A DNA stretch of 55,310 bases, counting the filler, from Jimgerdemannia flammicorona (lineage: Eukaryota), in the NCBI GenBank assembly GCA_003990765.1. It is 3 parts of 3 records of this genome, joined end to end, with 100 filler letters (N's around TTAATTAATTAA, not from the genome) between each part and the next. Parts side by side here need not be neighbours in the genome. Positions count along the whole stretch, not along the records: positions 18,478 to 36,844 come from RBNJ01002225.1; 2 more parts are not named here. The stretch is one strand, 5' to 3'. Both the position numbers and the translations under genes were made by a program. A model generated the notes under the pieces. That model did no database searches and was not told the origin of the DNA. It was given only the letters and a program-made list of their open reading frames with translations. Shown in pieces: positions 25,562 to 36,944 of this stretch (its first letter is position 1; every line of letters starts with the position of its first letter).

Positions 25562-28116
25562 TGTGATGTACACAATTGACAATAGAGTACTGGTGACTGC
25601 TAAGGTCAGACGACATAATAGCGTGACAATCAAATAGACAGCCTGACCCATTAGGTGATCATCCCAAAGAAGACAAGATAATCCGAGCCAAAATGAAGAC
25701 CACATTATTTAAGGAACCATACTCCACCTCAGGGATCGGCACCAAAGAACCAAGTACCCACCACACAATGTCTTCTATTCGCCGAACCAACCAGACCTCC
25801 CACCACTCTACCCCTCTGCCTGGCCCAAAGACCCTGATCTTTGAAGCTATCAAGAAGGCCATTTGGCGCCCAGATACTTCCAAACACTTGAACTTCTACA
25901 CCGAGGACCTTGGACACTTCATCAACTACCGGTATATAATGACTCAACAGCTCAAAGATACTACCAAACGAATGACCCTCTGGCATGACTACAAAATCAG
26001 ACACCGCCTTCGCAATGAGACTCAAGAAGATGACCAGGAAGGCCTCATTACCGAATTGATAACCACTAGCCAGCTAATCAAGAGAGCTCTCTGTGTCCAC
26101 CAAATCTTCCACCATACTCTCTGGGCCATAGCACACTTGCAAGGAGTAACGACTGGCAGTCTTTCCTGCCTTTCAACTGAAGATGCTGACTGGATAGAAT
26201 CTGAAGTAGCCAACTCTACTGGCAGCAACCGCATCGCTGTAGGAAGTCAACAAACCGAATCTACTCAACCAGGTTTCCACACTACCTCACTCCGAGACAA
26301 CCATCAAGGTCACCTAATGAGCCTTATGAAGATGTTTGAAGGACCGCTCATTACTATAGAAGCACCCGTTGGAGCTACCCCTACCACCCACCACCCTATC
26401 AGCTACAATTTACATCTCATCATTTGGGAACCGAATCAAGAAGAAGCCCAAGAGGTCCCTGTCTTTAAGGAGGAAGCCCAAGAACTCCAAGACCCTGCCC
26501 CTGAAGAAACCCTCTCTGACACTGAAACTGATGAGCCTTCAGAAGAAGAAGAGGAGCAACAGAGAGTCTACCAGTCCTCTGTCCACATTCAAGCTGTTCA
26601 AGGGTTGGAGAATGTTGTTGAAGATGACTGGCCACTTTTCTACCCCCTCACCTCTTGGCCGGTGCTTCCCCCTTTTGAGGAGAGGTATGATGAAGAAGAA
26701 ATCTTAACCCAGCAAGATTTGCCTGCCATGGATGAAGGGTACTATTTCCTCTAGAAGCACCACCTGTCAGCCATGAGAATTGTGCAGCCTTCATATCAGC
26801 AAGTCCGAATCCAGCATTGCTACTCAGCACAACCATTTCCAGCGTCGCTATCCAGTGCCACCATTTTCAGTATTTTGTCAGCAAGTCCGAATCTAGCATT
26901 ACCACCCACAACATCCATATCCAGCACTAGCACTCATCTTATTCCTATTCGGCGCAAACAATTATCACACCCGTTTTCAGCATTGCTATCCCCTACAACC
27001 TAATCCATAGTAAACAATAACCTGCACCTCACATCGTGCAAGCCAATAGCATAGCGAAGTTCGCTACAACGTAGTATACCTTAGCCACACCCATAGCTAG
27101 CAAACTTGTAAAAATAACCCATATTCTTAGAGTGAATAAAGCCTCAGCCAGTTTGTGTTTAAAGGTAAAAAGGATTACAAAGAAACCACTGCCTCCAAGA
27201 GACCGGATAAATTCTGAGAACAAGATAACTAGAGCAACGATCGCTCAAGGTTTGAGTTAAAGAATTTTCTCTTGCCACAGAAAGAAAACATTACCCAACC
27301 ACCGCCATTCGAGACCCAAGTTACTCAGCCAAGGATTCAAGACCACAGACTGCCCACAATTCAGCCAGTTTGTGTTTAAAAGTAAAAAGAATTACCAAGA
27401 AACCTCACTGCCTCCAAGAGACCAGATAAATTCTGAGAACAAGATAACTAGAGCAACGATCGCTCGAGGTTTGAGTTAAAGAATTTTCTCTTGCCACGGA
27501 AAGAAAGAAAATGTTACCCGACCGCCGCCATTCGAGACCCGAGACTCAGCCAAGGATTCAAGACCAGACCACTATTCAGACTGCACATTCAGACCGCCAT
27601 TTGAGATTCAAGACCCAGAAACCCAAGGATACCCAGCCAAAGGATACTAGACTGCCAAAGACCGATCCACTGCCAAAGACCCGAACGACTGCTAGGAACC
27701 TAACAAGTTAAGATGGACAAGCGAGCTGTCAACCTCCATTTTTCTGACCTACTGTGCCACGAACCACTTAAAGTCAAGACCATCGCCTGCTTTAATTGAC
27801 CACATAAAGAGCAAGCCCATCATCGCCGCATAAATCCAAAGTTTGCCACCAAGTTAATTGCTGCCAGGAAACTTAGCCAGCATAATCACCGCCCTTATCC
27901 ACTAAAATATTGAGCCACCATCATTGAACAACTGAACGACCTCCCCATTGAACAATTGATCTCCTGCTATTATTATTACTGCATGAAACGAACGACCTGT
28001 CATGTGACCATCGACCCATAACCATTGCGAATGCACTCAGTTTTCCATCGCGTGCTTCACCAGTGGCACACATTGAGCCGTGCAGTCGAAGTTCATTATA
28101 CATAACCAATACCACA
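25562..28116 (+). mobile_element. Solo LTR (2555 bp) with 4-bp TSD ATAT, containing an intact ORF and a ~215-bp tandem duplication (~27145-27560)
   Basis: TGTGATG...ACCACA termini with ATAT on both sides. The TATA/poly(A) region (27092-27150) is homologous to the TRIM LTR (15274-15330). No PBS, PPT or gag/pol. Confidence 0.85.
25693..26754 (+). CDS. LTR(U3)-encoded protein of unknown function, 353 aa; helical-looking N-terminal domain and acidic C-terminus
   Basis: Uninterrupted ORF, homologous by eye to ORFs 11131 and 41609 in other LTRs. Confidence 0.8.
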   Translation: MKTTLFKEPYSTSGIGTKEPSTHHTMSSIRRTNQTSHHSTPLPGPKTLIFEAIKKAIWRPDTSKHLNFYTEDLGHFINYRYIMTQQLKDTTKRMTLWHDYKIRHRLRNETQEDDQEGLITELITTSQLIKRALCVHQIFHHTLWAIAHLQGVTTGSLSCLSTEDADWIESEVANSTGSNRIAVGSQQTESTQPGFHTTSLRDNHQGHLMSLMKMFEGPLITIEAPVGATPTTHHPISYNLHLIIWEPNQEEAQEVPVFKEEAQELQDPAPEETLSDTETDEPSEEEEEQQRVYQSSVHIQAVQGLENVVEDDWPLFYPLTSWPVLPPFEERYDEEEILTQQDLPAMDEGYYFL

Positions 28117-29549
28117 ATATGTATATAAAATATCCAAGAGAGGAGGGGCTCTGAGAATAATTTCTGAGCTATACAAACTAGTTATATTGGTCTGATTATT
28201 CCCACAATGATAAGACAAATTCACTATACAGTATAGGACAATCAGTTTAGCCCTGAAAGAGCTTATATTGGATATTTGTATACATTGAAACTCAACATTT
28301 GCAATGATCTAGCAAATGCTGGAGTTTGCTGTAATATGCATCCTTTTTTCTTTGGTCAGTTGAAGCAACTTATTTCAGATGATTGAAGATTTTTTTTTTT
28401 AAAAAAAAAAAAAAACAAAAAAAGCCAATAGATTCAATAGTGGCTACTGATAAGAAAATATAGGGCAAGGTTCTAGGTAAAAGTGAGTGAGACATACTTA
28501 GGAATATTGTCCAGAGTTTTGAAAGTAGTAATTACTCTGGCTCCATACTTGTTTTGTCTATCTCTGCACAATACAATATCTCACCACATATAACTACCAG
28601 TATTTCAACAATTGTATGAAGAATATAGTCAAATAAATGACTCCAACAATAAGCTCTACAATACCAGTATATAATCTTCTGATTAACTGGCTAGAGGATA
28701 AGCTCAAGGATAGGCTGAAGGGTTGTAGTGATTTATAGTTAAGCCCAGATCAGTGAGATGTCATAGAGGTTGATCTAAGCAAACTTAGAAAATACTACTC
28801 CAAAACAGATACTGCCATATACTCAATCAGTATAAATATGTTAGCATGTAGCTATTACCTCTTCCAAAATAGAGAAATCTCTACAAAAACTCACTCTCTT
28901 TTCTCTGAACAGTACTGGACCCATACTTAAAGCTACAATACTATAAAGATCAGGACTGGGAGTAGTACTTCATTGAGAGAACTAAGTAGGCTATAATTGA
29001 AGTATACTGGAAAAACTATATACTACTATAAGATTCCAGCCAAAGTCTGGATGAATATGCTGAGAGATCCCTCCTGTTCTACATTTACTTCAGCAGAAAG
29101 AGGAAGAGAGAGCTATCAGTGAAAGAGCTGTCATCAATAGACAAACTTACCATTTATCTCACCAGTGACCATGTGATCCTGCTGGAGAATGTGGAGGTGC
29201 TCAACTGGTGGAAGATGAGTTGTCAGACAGATATTGAGCCAATTTAACCTATCAATCTAACTACTACCCTATCCATCAGAGTGTATAGCTGCATCAAACA
29301 AACTTCCCCAGCCTATATAGTATAGCTTGGAACTATCTAGCAATTCCTGCCTCCAGTGCTCCCATCAAGTAAGTGTTCTCAGGTAGGGTAGACCTTGTTA
29401 TCCCAAAGAGATGTGCACTGAATGCTGAGATAATCTAGGTGTATATGTATCTGAAGTCTTGGTGGGGCTCAGGCCACTAAAATTCAGTGGATCCTGGGAG
29501 TTTACAGATAAGTTAGTTGGCCTTGTGGAATATTTAATACCTTTCAAAA

Positions 29550-32520
29550 ATAAAAGGAAAAAAAACCTGAGGACTTAGCCTGAAGTTTGTGACCCAAGTA
29601 GAGCAGTAGTCAGTGGGGTTGGTGACAGTAGAGAGAGTATGCAAAATTTGTAACCCTTTATTAGCAGTAAAGAGCAGCCCCAAGCTGTTAGTACCTGGAT
29701 CAGTGGGCAGGTCGGTGGGTGTGGGGTCAGCAGAGAGAGTGTATAAAATTTGCAGCCCTCTGCCAGTAGTAAGCGATAGCTCTAAGCTACAAGTATCCAG
29801 ATTGGGGGGATTAGTGGAGGAGGGGGTAGATAGAGGGAGTGTACAAAATTTGTGGCCCTCTGCTAGCAGCAAGGGGCAGCCCCATGCTGTCAGTACTCAG
29901 ATCAGTGGGCAGGGTTAGTTAGTGGAGTCAGTGGGCACAGGGTCAGTGGAGGGAGTATGAAAAATTTGCAGTCCTCTACTAGTAGTAAGGGGTAGCCCCA
30001 AACTGCAAATATCTGAGACAGATAGGGCAGACAGAGGGAGTATGCAAAATTTGTGACACTAGCAGCTTGGGGCTCCTTCCAGCAGCCTGTGTCTAGGCTA
30101 GGGGTTGGCAGGATTGGCAGAGGGAGTATACAAAATTTGTAGCTCTCTGCCAGCAGTATAGGGGCAGCCCCAAGCCACTAAGGAGTCTGAGTCTGGGCAG
30201 AGAGTACTTCTGATAGTTGGAGGGTACTTCTGGCAGTTGGAGAGTGCTTCTGACAGTCAGAGGGTATTTTCAGCAGTTAAAGAGTGCTTCTGACAGTCAA
30301 AGTCCACTACAGATTCAGGCCCTATCACTAGTTCAGATCTCATGGACACCCTGGCCCTGCACTGTAGTGCCACACTAGTAGAACTACAGAGCAGGGCCAA
30401 GGGACCAGTAGGGCCCAGCATAATGGCTAAACTAGTGCTACAGAAGAGGTACCTGGCTGCTAGCCCAACTTGTACAAAATGACTGCTAAACTCTCATGAA
30501 AGATTGTCTAACCCTTATAAAAAATTGTCTAACCCTTATGAAAGATTGCCTAACTCTCATGAAAGATTGCCTAACTCTCACAAAAACTACTCTACCTACC
30601 GATCCCAGGCCTTGATGAGTCTGTTATCTATTGTAAGTATGATGATTATTGTGTCTAAGCTCTCCTCAAAGACAATAGTACTATAGTGATTGTGTGGTTA
30701 GAATAGGACAGCTGTATTGGCTGCAAACAGAACCCCAAAACTATAGATGAGAGCATACCAGACTCTGCTACTATCCTCTCTGGTTGGGTCCTTCCTTTCT
30801 AGGATGTAGAATATTACTGAGGTAATGTTGTTATCTATATGTATGGACAGAGAAACATTGCACCTGACATATCCTGATATAATATAAGTATATGATTGGG
30901 TGAACTCTTAGTCCAAGACCTTGTACTGCCAGGCTGTGCTGGTGGATGCCTGCCCTTGGTCTAGCCCCAGAAGCCCTGACTTGGAAACCTGTCAGACAGA
31001 TGGCATCTAGTTAGTCCTTTTGTATGCAAGGGGGGCAGAAGCCCCCTAGGCTACAGAAAACCCCCAGGCTGCAGCACTCAAAAAAAGTGGAGCTCCTCAC
31101 CTTATATGGCATACTAAATTGCACCAAGAATATATATACAGCTGTGCTGAGATCACCACTAAGCTGGTCTGCCATATGCTCTACTAATCTGCTCAAAGAA
31201 CCCCAGATTATAGTCACCATCACTGTACAGGCTGTATCATGCTCATATGCAGTTTGCTCTTTGATGGCACTTCTAAAGTTCCAGTAGGGGTACAGAATCT
31301 TATGCATTTCTGGAATTGTATCAAAAAGAGTATGTCAGTGAAGAGTATGATTATTTGGGAAGGAGTAAAAAAAAGAGAGATGAGTACAGAAGATTTCAGA
31401 TCTCTAGAACCCACCTTTTGCCAGTATTGCAGTATACTCAATTTCTGTCCAAACCACCCCTCCTTGCTTTTTTCACCCCCTCTTTTCTGCTATCTAGTAT
31501 TTGATACAATCTTTACAAATCTTATTAATATGGCAGTGAAGCTCATTGCCATAGAGATTTCTTACCACTATTACAACCACCTCTCCACATTTGTTAATAA
31601 TGATATGATTCTCTTTATCATTGATTACTCCTGCTGGCCAATAGATCTCTTGGTTGAGAACAATTAGCTCTGATTCAAATGTAGACCCCCAAGCCTTGAT
31701 GATGATACTGGTACTGCTCATGCTGAACATCTTACTCTTGAATTTCTCTATTTGATCAGATACCAGATGTAATTGAACTTGGATAACTTTGAACTCTCCT
31801 TTTCAATGGAACTGAGCTCTGATCTGAGTGGCCAAGATAAGTATATAGACAGGTTGCATGTAGATGGGTTGTATGCAGATAGGTTGCATGTGGGCAGATT
31901 GTATATAAATGGGTTGCATATAGGTGTAGGTGTTTTTTAGAGAGAGACCATGTAAAAAATGAAGTTAAATAAAATATAGAGATGGGTATTTCAGAAAAAG
32001 AGTATAAGTGAGTGAGTGAGTGAGTTGTATGCTGACAAGTTGTACAAGTTGCATGAGTTATACAAGATTGCTTATAAAGGCTTACTTTTGTTCCTTTTGA
32101 GACCTCTGCCATATGATATATTGACTCAACAGCTCAGCCACCAAAGGCATGCCCTGTAATATCCACCAGCCTTTCTTCATCTTGATCAGATGTTGTGAAT
32201 AAAGTCAGCAGATCTCACTATAGAGCTATGGACCCTAAGAAAAGCATGAGGTAAATTGGGTCATATTAGAGAAATTTAAATAAATATAAGTAAATAAGTG
32301 GCAGCAGAGTGAGCAATCTACATCTACTATTTACTGCTCCAAAAAGGCTACCATATATATAGCTATGAGGTCTGTAAATTCTGAGATCTGAAGGGCCACT
32401 ATGAGTTGTTGCCAGAATTCTCTCTCATCTCTGCCATTGTCACTGCCATCACCATTGCCACTATCATCACCACTGCCATTACTCCTTAGGCTTTTGATGA
32501 GTAGCTTGTATGCTGTCTAT
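29550..32520 (-). pseudogene. Putative TET/JBP-like 2OG-Fe(II) dioxygenase gene carried in the hAT element (core exon 30988-30600; repeat-rich C-terminal region)
   Basis: The exon after branch ACTAAC and acceptor CTGACAG translates ...NVSLSIHIDNNITSVIFYILERK...WYALIYSFGVLFAANTAVLF*PHNHYST...IILTIDNRLIKAW. It has HxD and a distal HGT-like motif (TAT AGT ACT can derive from CAT GGT ACT by transitions). Outer limits are approximate. Confidence 0.6.
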
Positions 32521-32997
32521 ATGAGAAAGAATCTAATATTATTAGTAGAGAGTGTATTTCTATCTTGAATACTCTCTCTTTTGATGATTATTGCAGGGTA
32601 AAAAATGAGTAGACTAGATCAACATATAATTAAGGACTACTGTTTTATTTACTCATGATGTAGTAGGAAAGAAAAAAGAATAAAGAAAAAAAACAAAAAA
32701 AGAAAGAGACAAAAGAAAGAGTGATATCACCAAAGTGTAGTAGGAAAAAAAAACAAGAGTGAAAATGAACAAAAGAAAGGATAATATTATCAAAGATTTC
32801 AATCTGGATAGATTAATCCAGATAAATCAATCCAAATAGATCAATCAGATGGACCAATCTGGATAGATCAATCTGGATCAATCTGGATGGATCAATCTGG
32901 ATCAGATTACAAGACCAATCCAAGTTGATTTGAATCCATCACATGACAAATCTGAATCAAATCTCATCTGAATCAACTCCATCCATTTGGAGCACTA

Positions 32998-35555
32998 GCA
33001 ATATGATTGAGATCTATAGGCTTGAGTAGTGGGATATTGAAAGTCTTCTCTTATCTTATATATAAGTTCTTTACTCATCTCATTAAAAAGAACTAGGTCC
33101 TATCCACCATTCTATATTTTGAGGAGGATTTTTCTTTACCTATTGCTCTCCTTGGGACAGTGAGGACTATAAATTGACTTATATATAGCCTTATATATAT
33201 GTTGAGAATTCAGATATATACCTTTAGTATATATTTATTACTCTCTGATAGTAAGAAAAGCATAGTGTGCAGAATGAGGTATAAGCAACTTTGTCCTACT
33301 ATACTTGATATAGTTGAGCTACTGGACAATAGTTAGTCTGGGTTTAATGAGGGTATAGTACTCAGTAAGTGATGGGGGAGAGTTTTGACCTATATATTCT
33401 AGGTTCTCTTCCAATAAAATCTATGGAACTTTGGATCTATTAAATATATATATAAGACTATACTAAAGCTAGCTAGCAAAGTCTCTACTATTCCAAATAA
33501 AACAACAGATAAAGAAAATCTCTCCAAAGATATAGAATAGTGAATAGAATCTAGTTCTCTCTGATAAAGTAAGTGAAGAACTTATATGTAGAGCAGGAGA
33601 TATCCCACTACTCAAGTTTGCAGGTCTTAATTATATCACTATATCAGCTCTTAGTTCTTGTTGAGTATAGTCTAAACATCTAATCTGAGTAGTCTTGGGT
33701 TCTTTAATAACTCTAAATAACTAGAGTCCAATCTTATATATATATTATCAAAAGCTACAGAGAGTGATATCTATTATCTAACTACTCTATATTAATTAAA
33801 AGACACTATTAATATAGTGCTCACATCAATTTTGATAATTATGGCCCCTTTCTCCACTACCTTACCAGTTACAATGGTTTGGTAGGCAATCTTCCAAGTC
33901 CACTTTCTACAATTATTACTCTCTTTACCTTGGGTTGGTTTGCTGTACCTAGTACAGGGCAGTGGGAGGGAGGCAATAGTGATGAGTTGCCCCTTTATTG
34001 GTGTCCAATCAGTGTCTTCTCCACTTTTTCACAGTTTCTGGTACCTTCAGCTACATCTGGAGTATATCTATTTTGGTGCAGTGCCTTCTTTCTTTTGTCA
34101 TCACCAACAAGAAACTGTCTTGGTATATCTTAGGCTACATAGGGAGTTTGCTGACCTTGGGCATCAAGTGCTCAGTATAAGTTATCTATAGGTCCTCAGT
34201 GTCTGTGATAGAGCCCTCTAGCTTTGGCGAGCTTCTCAGCAAGCATGGTTCTGGTATAGGTGACTGCTTTTCAGATGTTGTCAGGATGGGAGAGAAGATG
34301 GCTGTCACAGATAGGAGGAAGGGTAATAATGGTGAACCAGTAGAGTGCCAGGCTGGGGACAGTCATCAGGACTAGAGCAGGTGCTACTTCAGTGGAGCCT
34401 TTTGATTGATGTGGTATGGTTAGGTGGTAGGTATCACTCTTGGCTTCTTTTGATAATTTGGTGGATTGGGCCCTAGTTGTCAGAAAGGGTCAGAGGGGCC
34501 CAAGGCTACCCATTTTAGGTATCTTGGCTACACTTAACTAGAACCAGGAGCTGATATAGCAATGTGATTGAGGCCTATAGGCTTGAGTAGTAGGGTATTG
34601 GGGGTCTCCTCCTACCTCATGTGTAAGTCCTTTACTCATCTTGACTGGAAGAACCAGGCCCTACCCACTATTGTGCTTTGATGAGGGTTTTTCTTTGTCT
34701 GTTATTCTCTTTGGGGTGGCAGAGGCTATTCTATTTGGCTCGGACATAGTCTTGTACATATATTGGGTTCTTGGGCATGCACTTTCGGTCATTAGTATAT
34801 GGCTGGGTTTTCTCTGGTAGTAGAGAGAGTATGATATACAGAATGAGGTGTGGGCTACCATAGGTTCTGCTGTATCTGGTATGGTTGAGTTACTAGACAA
34901 TAGCTAGCCTAGGTTAATGGGAGGACAGTGCTTGGTGGGTGGTAGAGGAGGGTTTTGGCCTATATAGTCTAGGTTCCCTTTCAATAAAAATCTGTAGGAC
35001 ATTGAGTCCATTAAAAAAAAAAAAAAAAAAATCAATTTTGATGATTATTACTAGTCTAGCATCTGACTGATTTACTATAATCACTCTTTCACCTATCTAT
35101 AATAGCTATCTTCTCTCTCATTCCAATACTACTTTAAAAGTAGTTATCTATACTAGAACTATAATTACTAAAAAGCTTACCAAAACTTAAAGAGCCTACT
35201 ATAGATACTAAGAACCTACTGAAACCTTCACTGACACTTGATGTCCAAGGTTAGTTAACTCTTTACATAGTCTAAGATATATATATTAAGATAATATCTT
35301 ATTGATAATAATAAAAAGAAGAAAGTATTATATCAAATAAATATATCTCAAATATTATTAGAAGTATTGAAAAAGTAGAGAAAGTATTAATTTGATATCA
35401 ATAAAAAAATAACTCATTACTATTATCTCCCTTCTACTGCCCTATAACTGGTACAGACCAACCTAAGATAGAGAGAGTGAAAGTTAGGAAAAGAGAACTC
35501 AGAAGGTTGTTTATCAAAATCTTATAACTAGTATGATAGCAGAGAAAGAAGAGCC
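32998..35555. mobile_element. Cluster of three copies of the ~1.2-kb poly(A) retroelement; complete copy at 33843-35030 (+) with 18-bp TSD nested in an older minus-strand copy
   Basis: TSD ATCAATTTTGATAATTAT (33825-33842) / ATCAATTTTGATGATTAT (35031-35048) and poly(A) at 35013-35030. The flanks are decayed homologs of the same element. Confidence 0.82.
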
Positions 35556-36025
35556 CTCAGTTACTTTGTTAAAAAGTAATAAAATATTCAATAGTTTCTC
35601 TCAGAAATAGATACAAGTTCTTTATTTTATATAATATAGATGATTTTAGTAATTTTCTAGATAGTGTAGAATTTTTTTTTAAATAGTGAGTAATATAGAT
35701 TCTTCTGAATTAGCAGATAAGATATAATATAATTCTCTTCTGACCTATTTGGCAAGTGAATTAAAAATGTAGCAGACTTCTTTATATCAAAAAGTAGACT
35801 AGAGTGTAAATTATACATCAGACTTATAATTTTTTAAAAGTAACTTTAAAGCAGGCATTTCTTCTAAGTATTATAATCCTTTCTAAATCAAATAGCTCTT
35901 GGCAGATATATCTCTCAAAGTATAGTAGTCAGACTTGTCTTTTGCTTTTTGGTTTCAATTTCAGACTGAGGTTTATTTACTTTTATCTCTGGGGTATTTT
36001 ATATATATAGTTGTAATTGCTATCT

Positions 36026-36026
<1 letters not shown>

Positions 36027-36099
<73 letters not shown>

Positions 36100-36620
36100 T
36101 TACTTAGACTTTGTCATTTATTACTAATCTATCACATAAATTACATTATTCCCTCCTATTACCCAATACCTCTGGGGAGTCTCCCCTCTATACTCTTATA
36201 CTTGAAAACTATCTTACCACTCACCACTCCAACTTTCCCCTTACTCTATCTACAGATTTTCTCTACCAAATAGTACTACTGATCTCTCTGCAGACCCCAT
36301 CTCAGCCACCAATCTATCAAGATGTCCTCTATCAACCCTTCCCATCTTGCCAACTACTCTCTCAAGCTTAAATGCTTACTCTCTTCAAAAAAAAATAGTC
36401 AGTAACCTGTCAGTCCCATTCATATCACTAATATCTAACCCAAAGTTAGCTACTCCTTCTCTACTCTCCCCACCAATTTATTCCTCAGATCCTCCCATCA
36501 ACCCTACTCACCATCCCCCCTATACACAGTATCCAATCTATTCTTGACTACTAACCAGAATTCACCAAGTATTTTGCACTCTTCCAGCCAATATTCTGGT
36601 ATCTTAGTTACTATTTGATT
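36027..36620 (-). mobile_element. 5'-truncated LINE 3' end with poly(A) tail
   Basis: Poly(T) at 36027-36097. Minus-strand PEYWLEECKILGEFW resembles the end of the ORF2 CCHC (zf-RVT) motif. The coding strand is G-rich, like the LINE at 498-2414. Confidence 0.55.
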
Positions 36621-36844
36621 ACTATATAGCAAACTATAGATTGCTATTTTTGATAATATTTAGCTATTTCTATTAGAAATATAAATCTCAAATTCTGGTA
36701 TAATATATTAACTAGAAATACTAATCTCAAATTCTAATATAGTATACTAGCTAGAAATACTTTGTATCCTTATTTGGCTATCTGGGTTATTTATATAAGT
36801 TGATACAATAGAGCAGTTCTAGTTATTTTTTTTTTTTTTTTTTT

Positions 36845-36944
36845 NNNNNNNNNNNNNNNNNNNNNNNNNNNNNNNNNNNNNNNNNNNNTTAATTAATTAA
36901 NNNNNNNNNNNNNNNNNNNNNNNNNNNNNNNNNNNNNNNNNNNN
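36845..36944. other. Artificial contig linker (N-run, TTAATTAATTAA, N-run)
   Basis: Same spacer as 18378-18477. Confidence 0.97.

Larger units (their letters stand above)
24250..29480 (+). pseudogene. hAT transposase, intron-containing, decayed and split by the solo LTR
   Basis: FTIDT...ITGHWID (~25096-25165), SHSGDNIAD, LAIMIDNVTNN, decayed HIRCxAHILNLAVQ (~25505-25546), and C-terminal dimerization domain VLNWWK...NYLAIPASSAP...VFS...LKSW (~29197-29465). The 5' limit is approximate. Confidence 0.88.
23950..32997 (+). mobile_element. hAT DNA transposon (TIRs TAGTACTCCAAATG / CATTTGGAGCACTA) with subterminal repeats, transposase and antisense cargo gene; interrupted by a solo LTR
   Basis: 14-bp TIRs with one mismatch plus longer imperfect inverted subterminal motifs. 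The 8-bp flanks do not match, so no TSD is visible. Confidence 0.75.
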
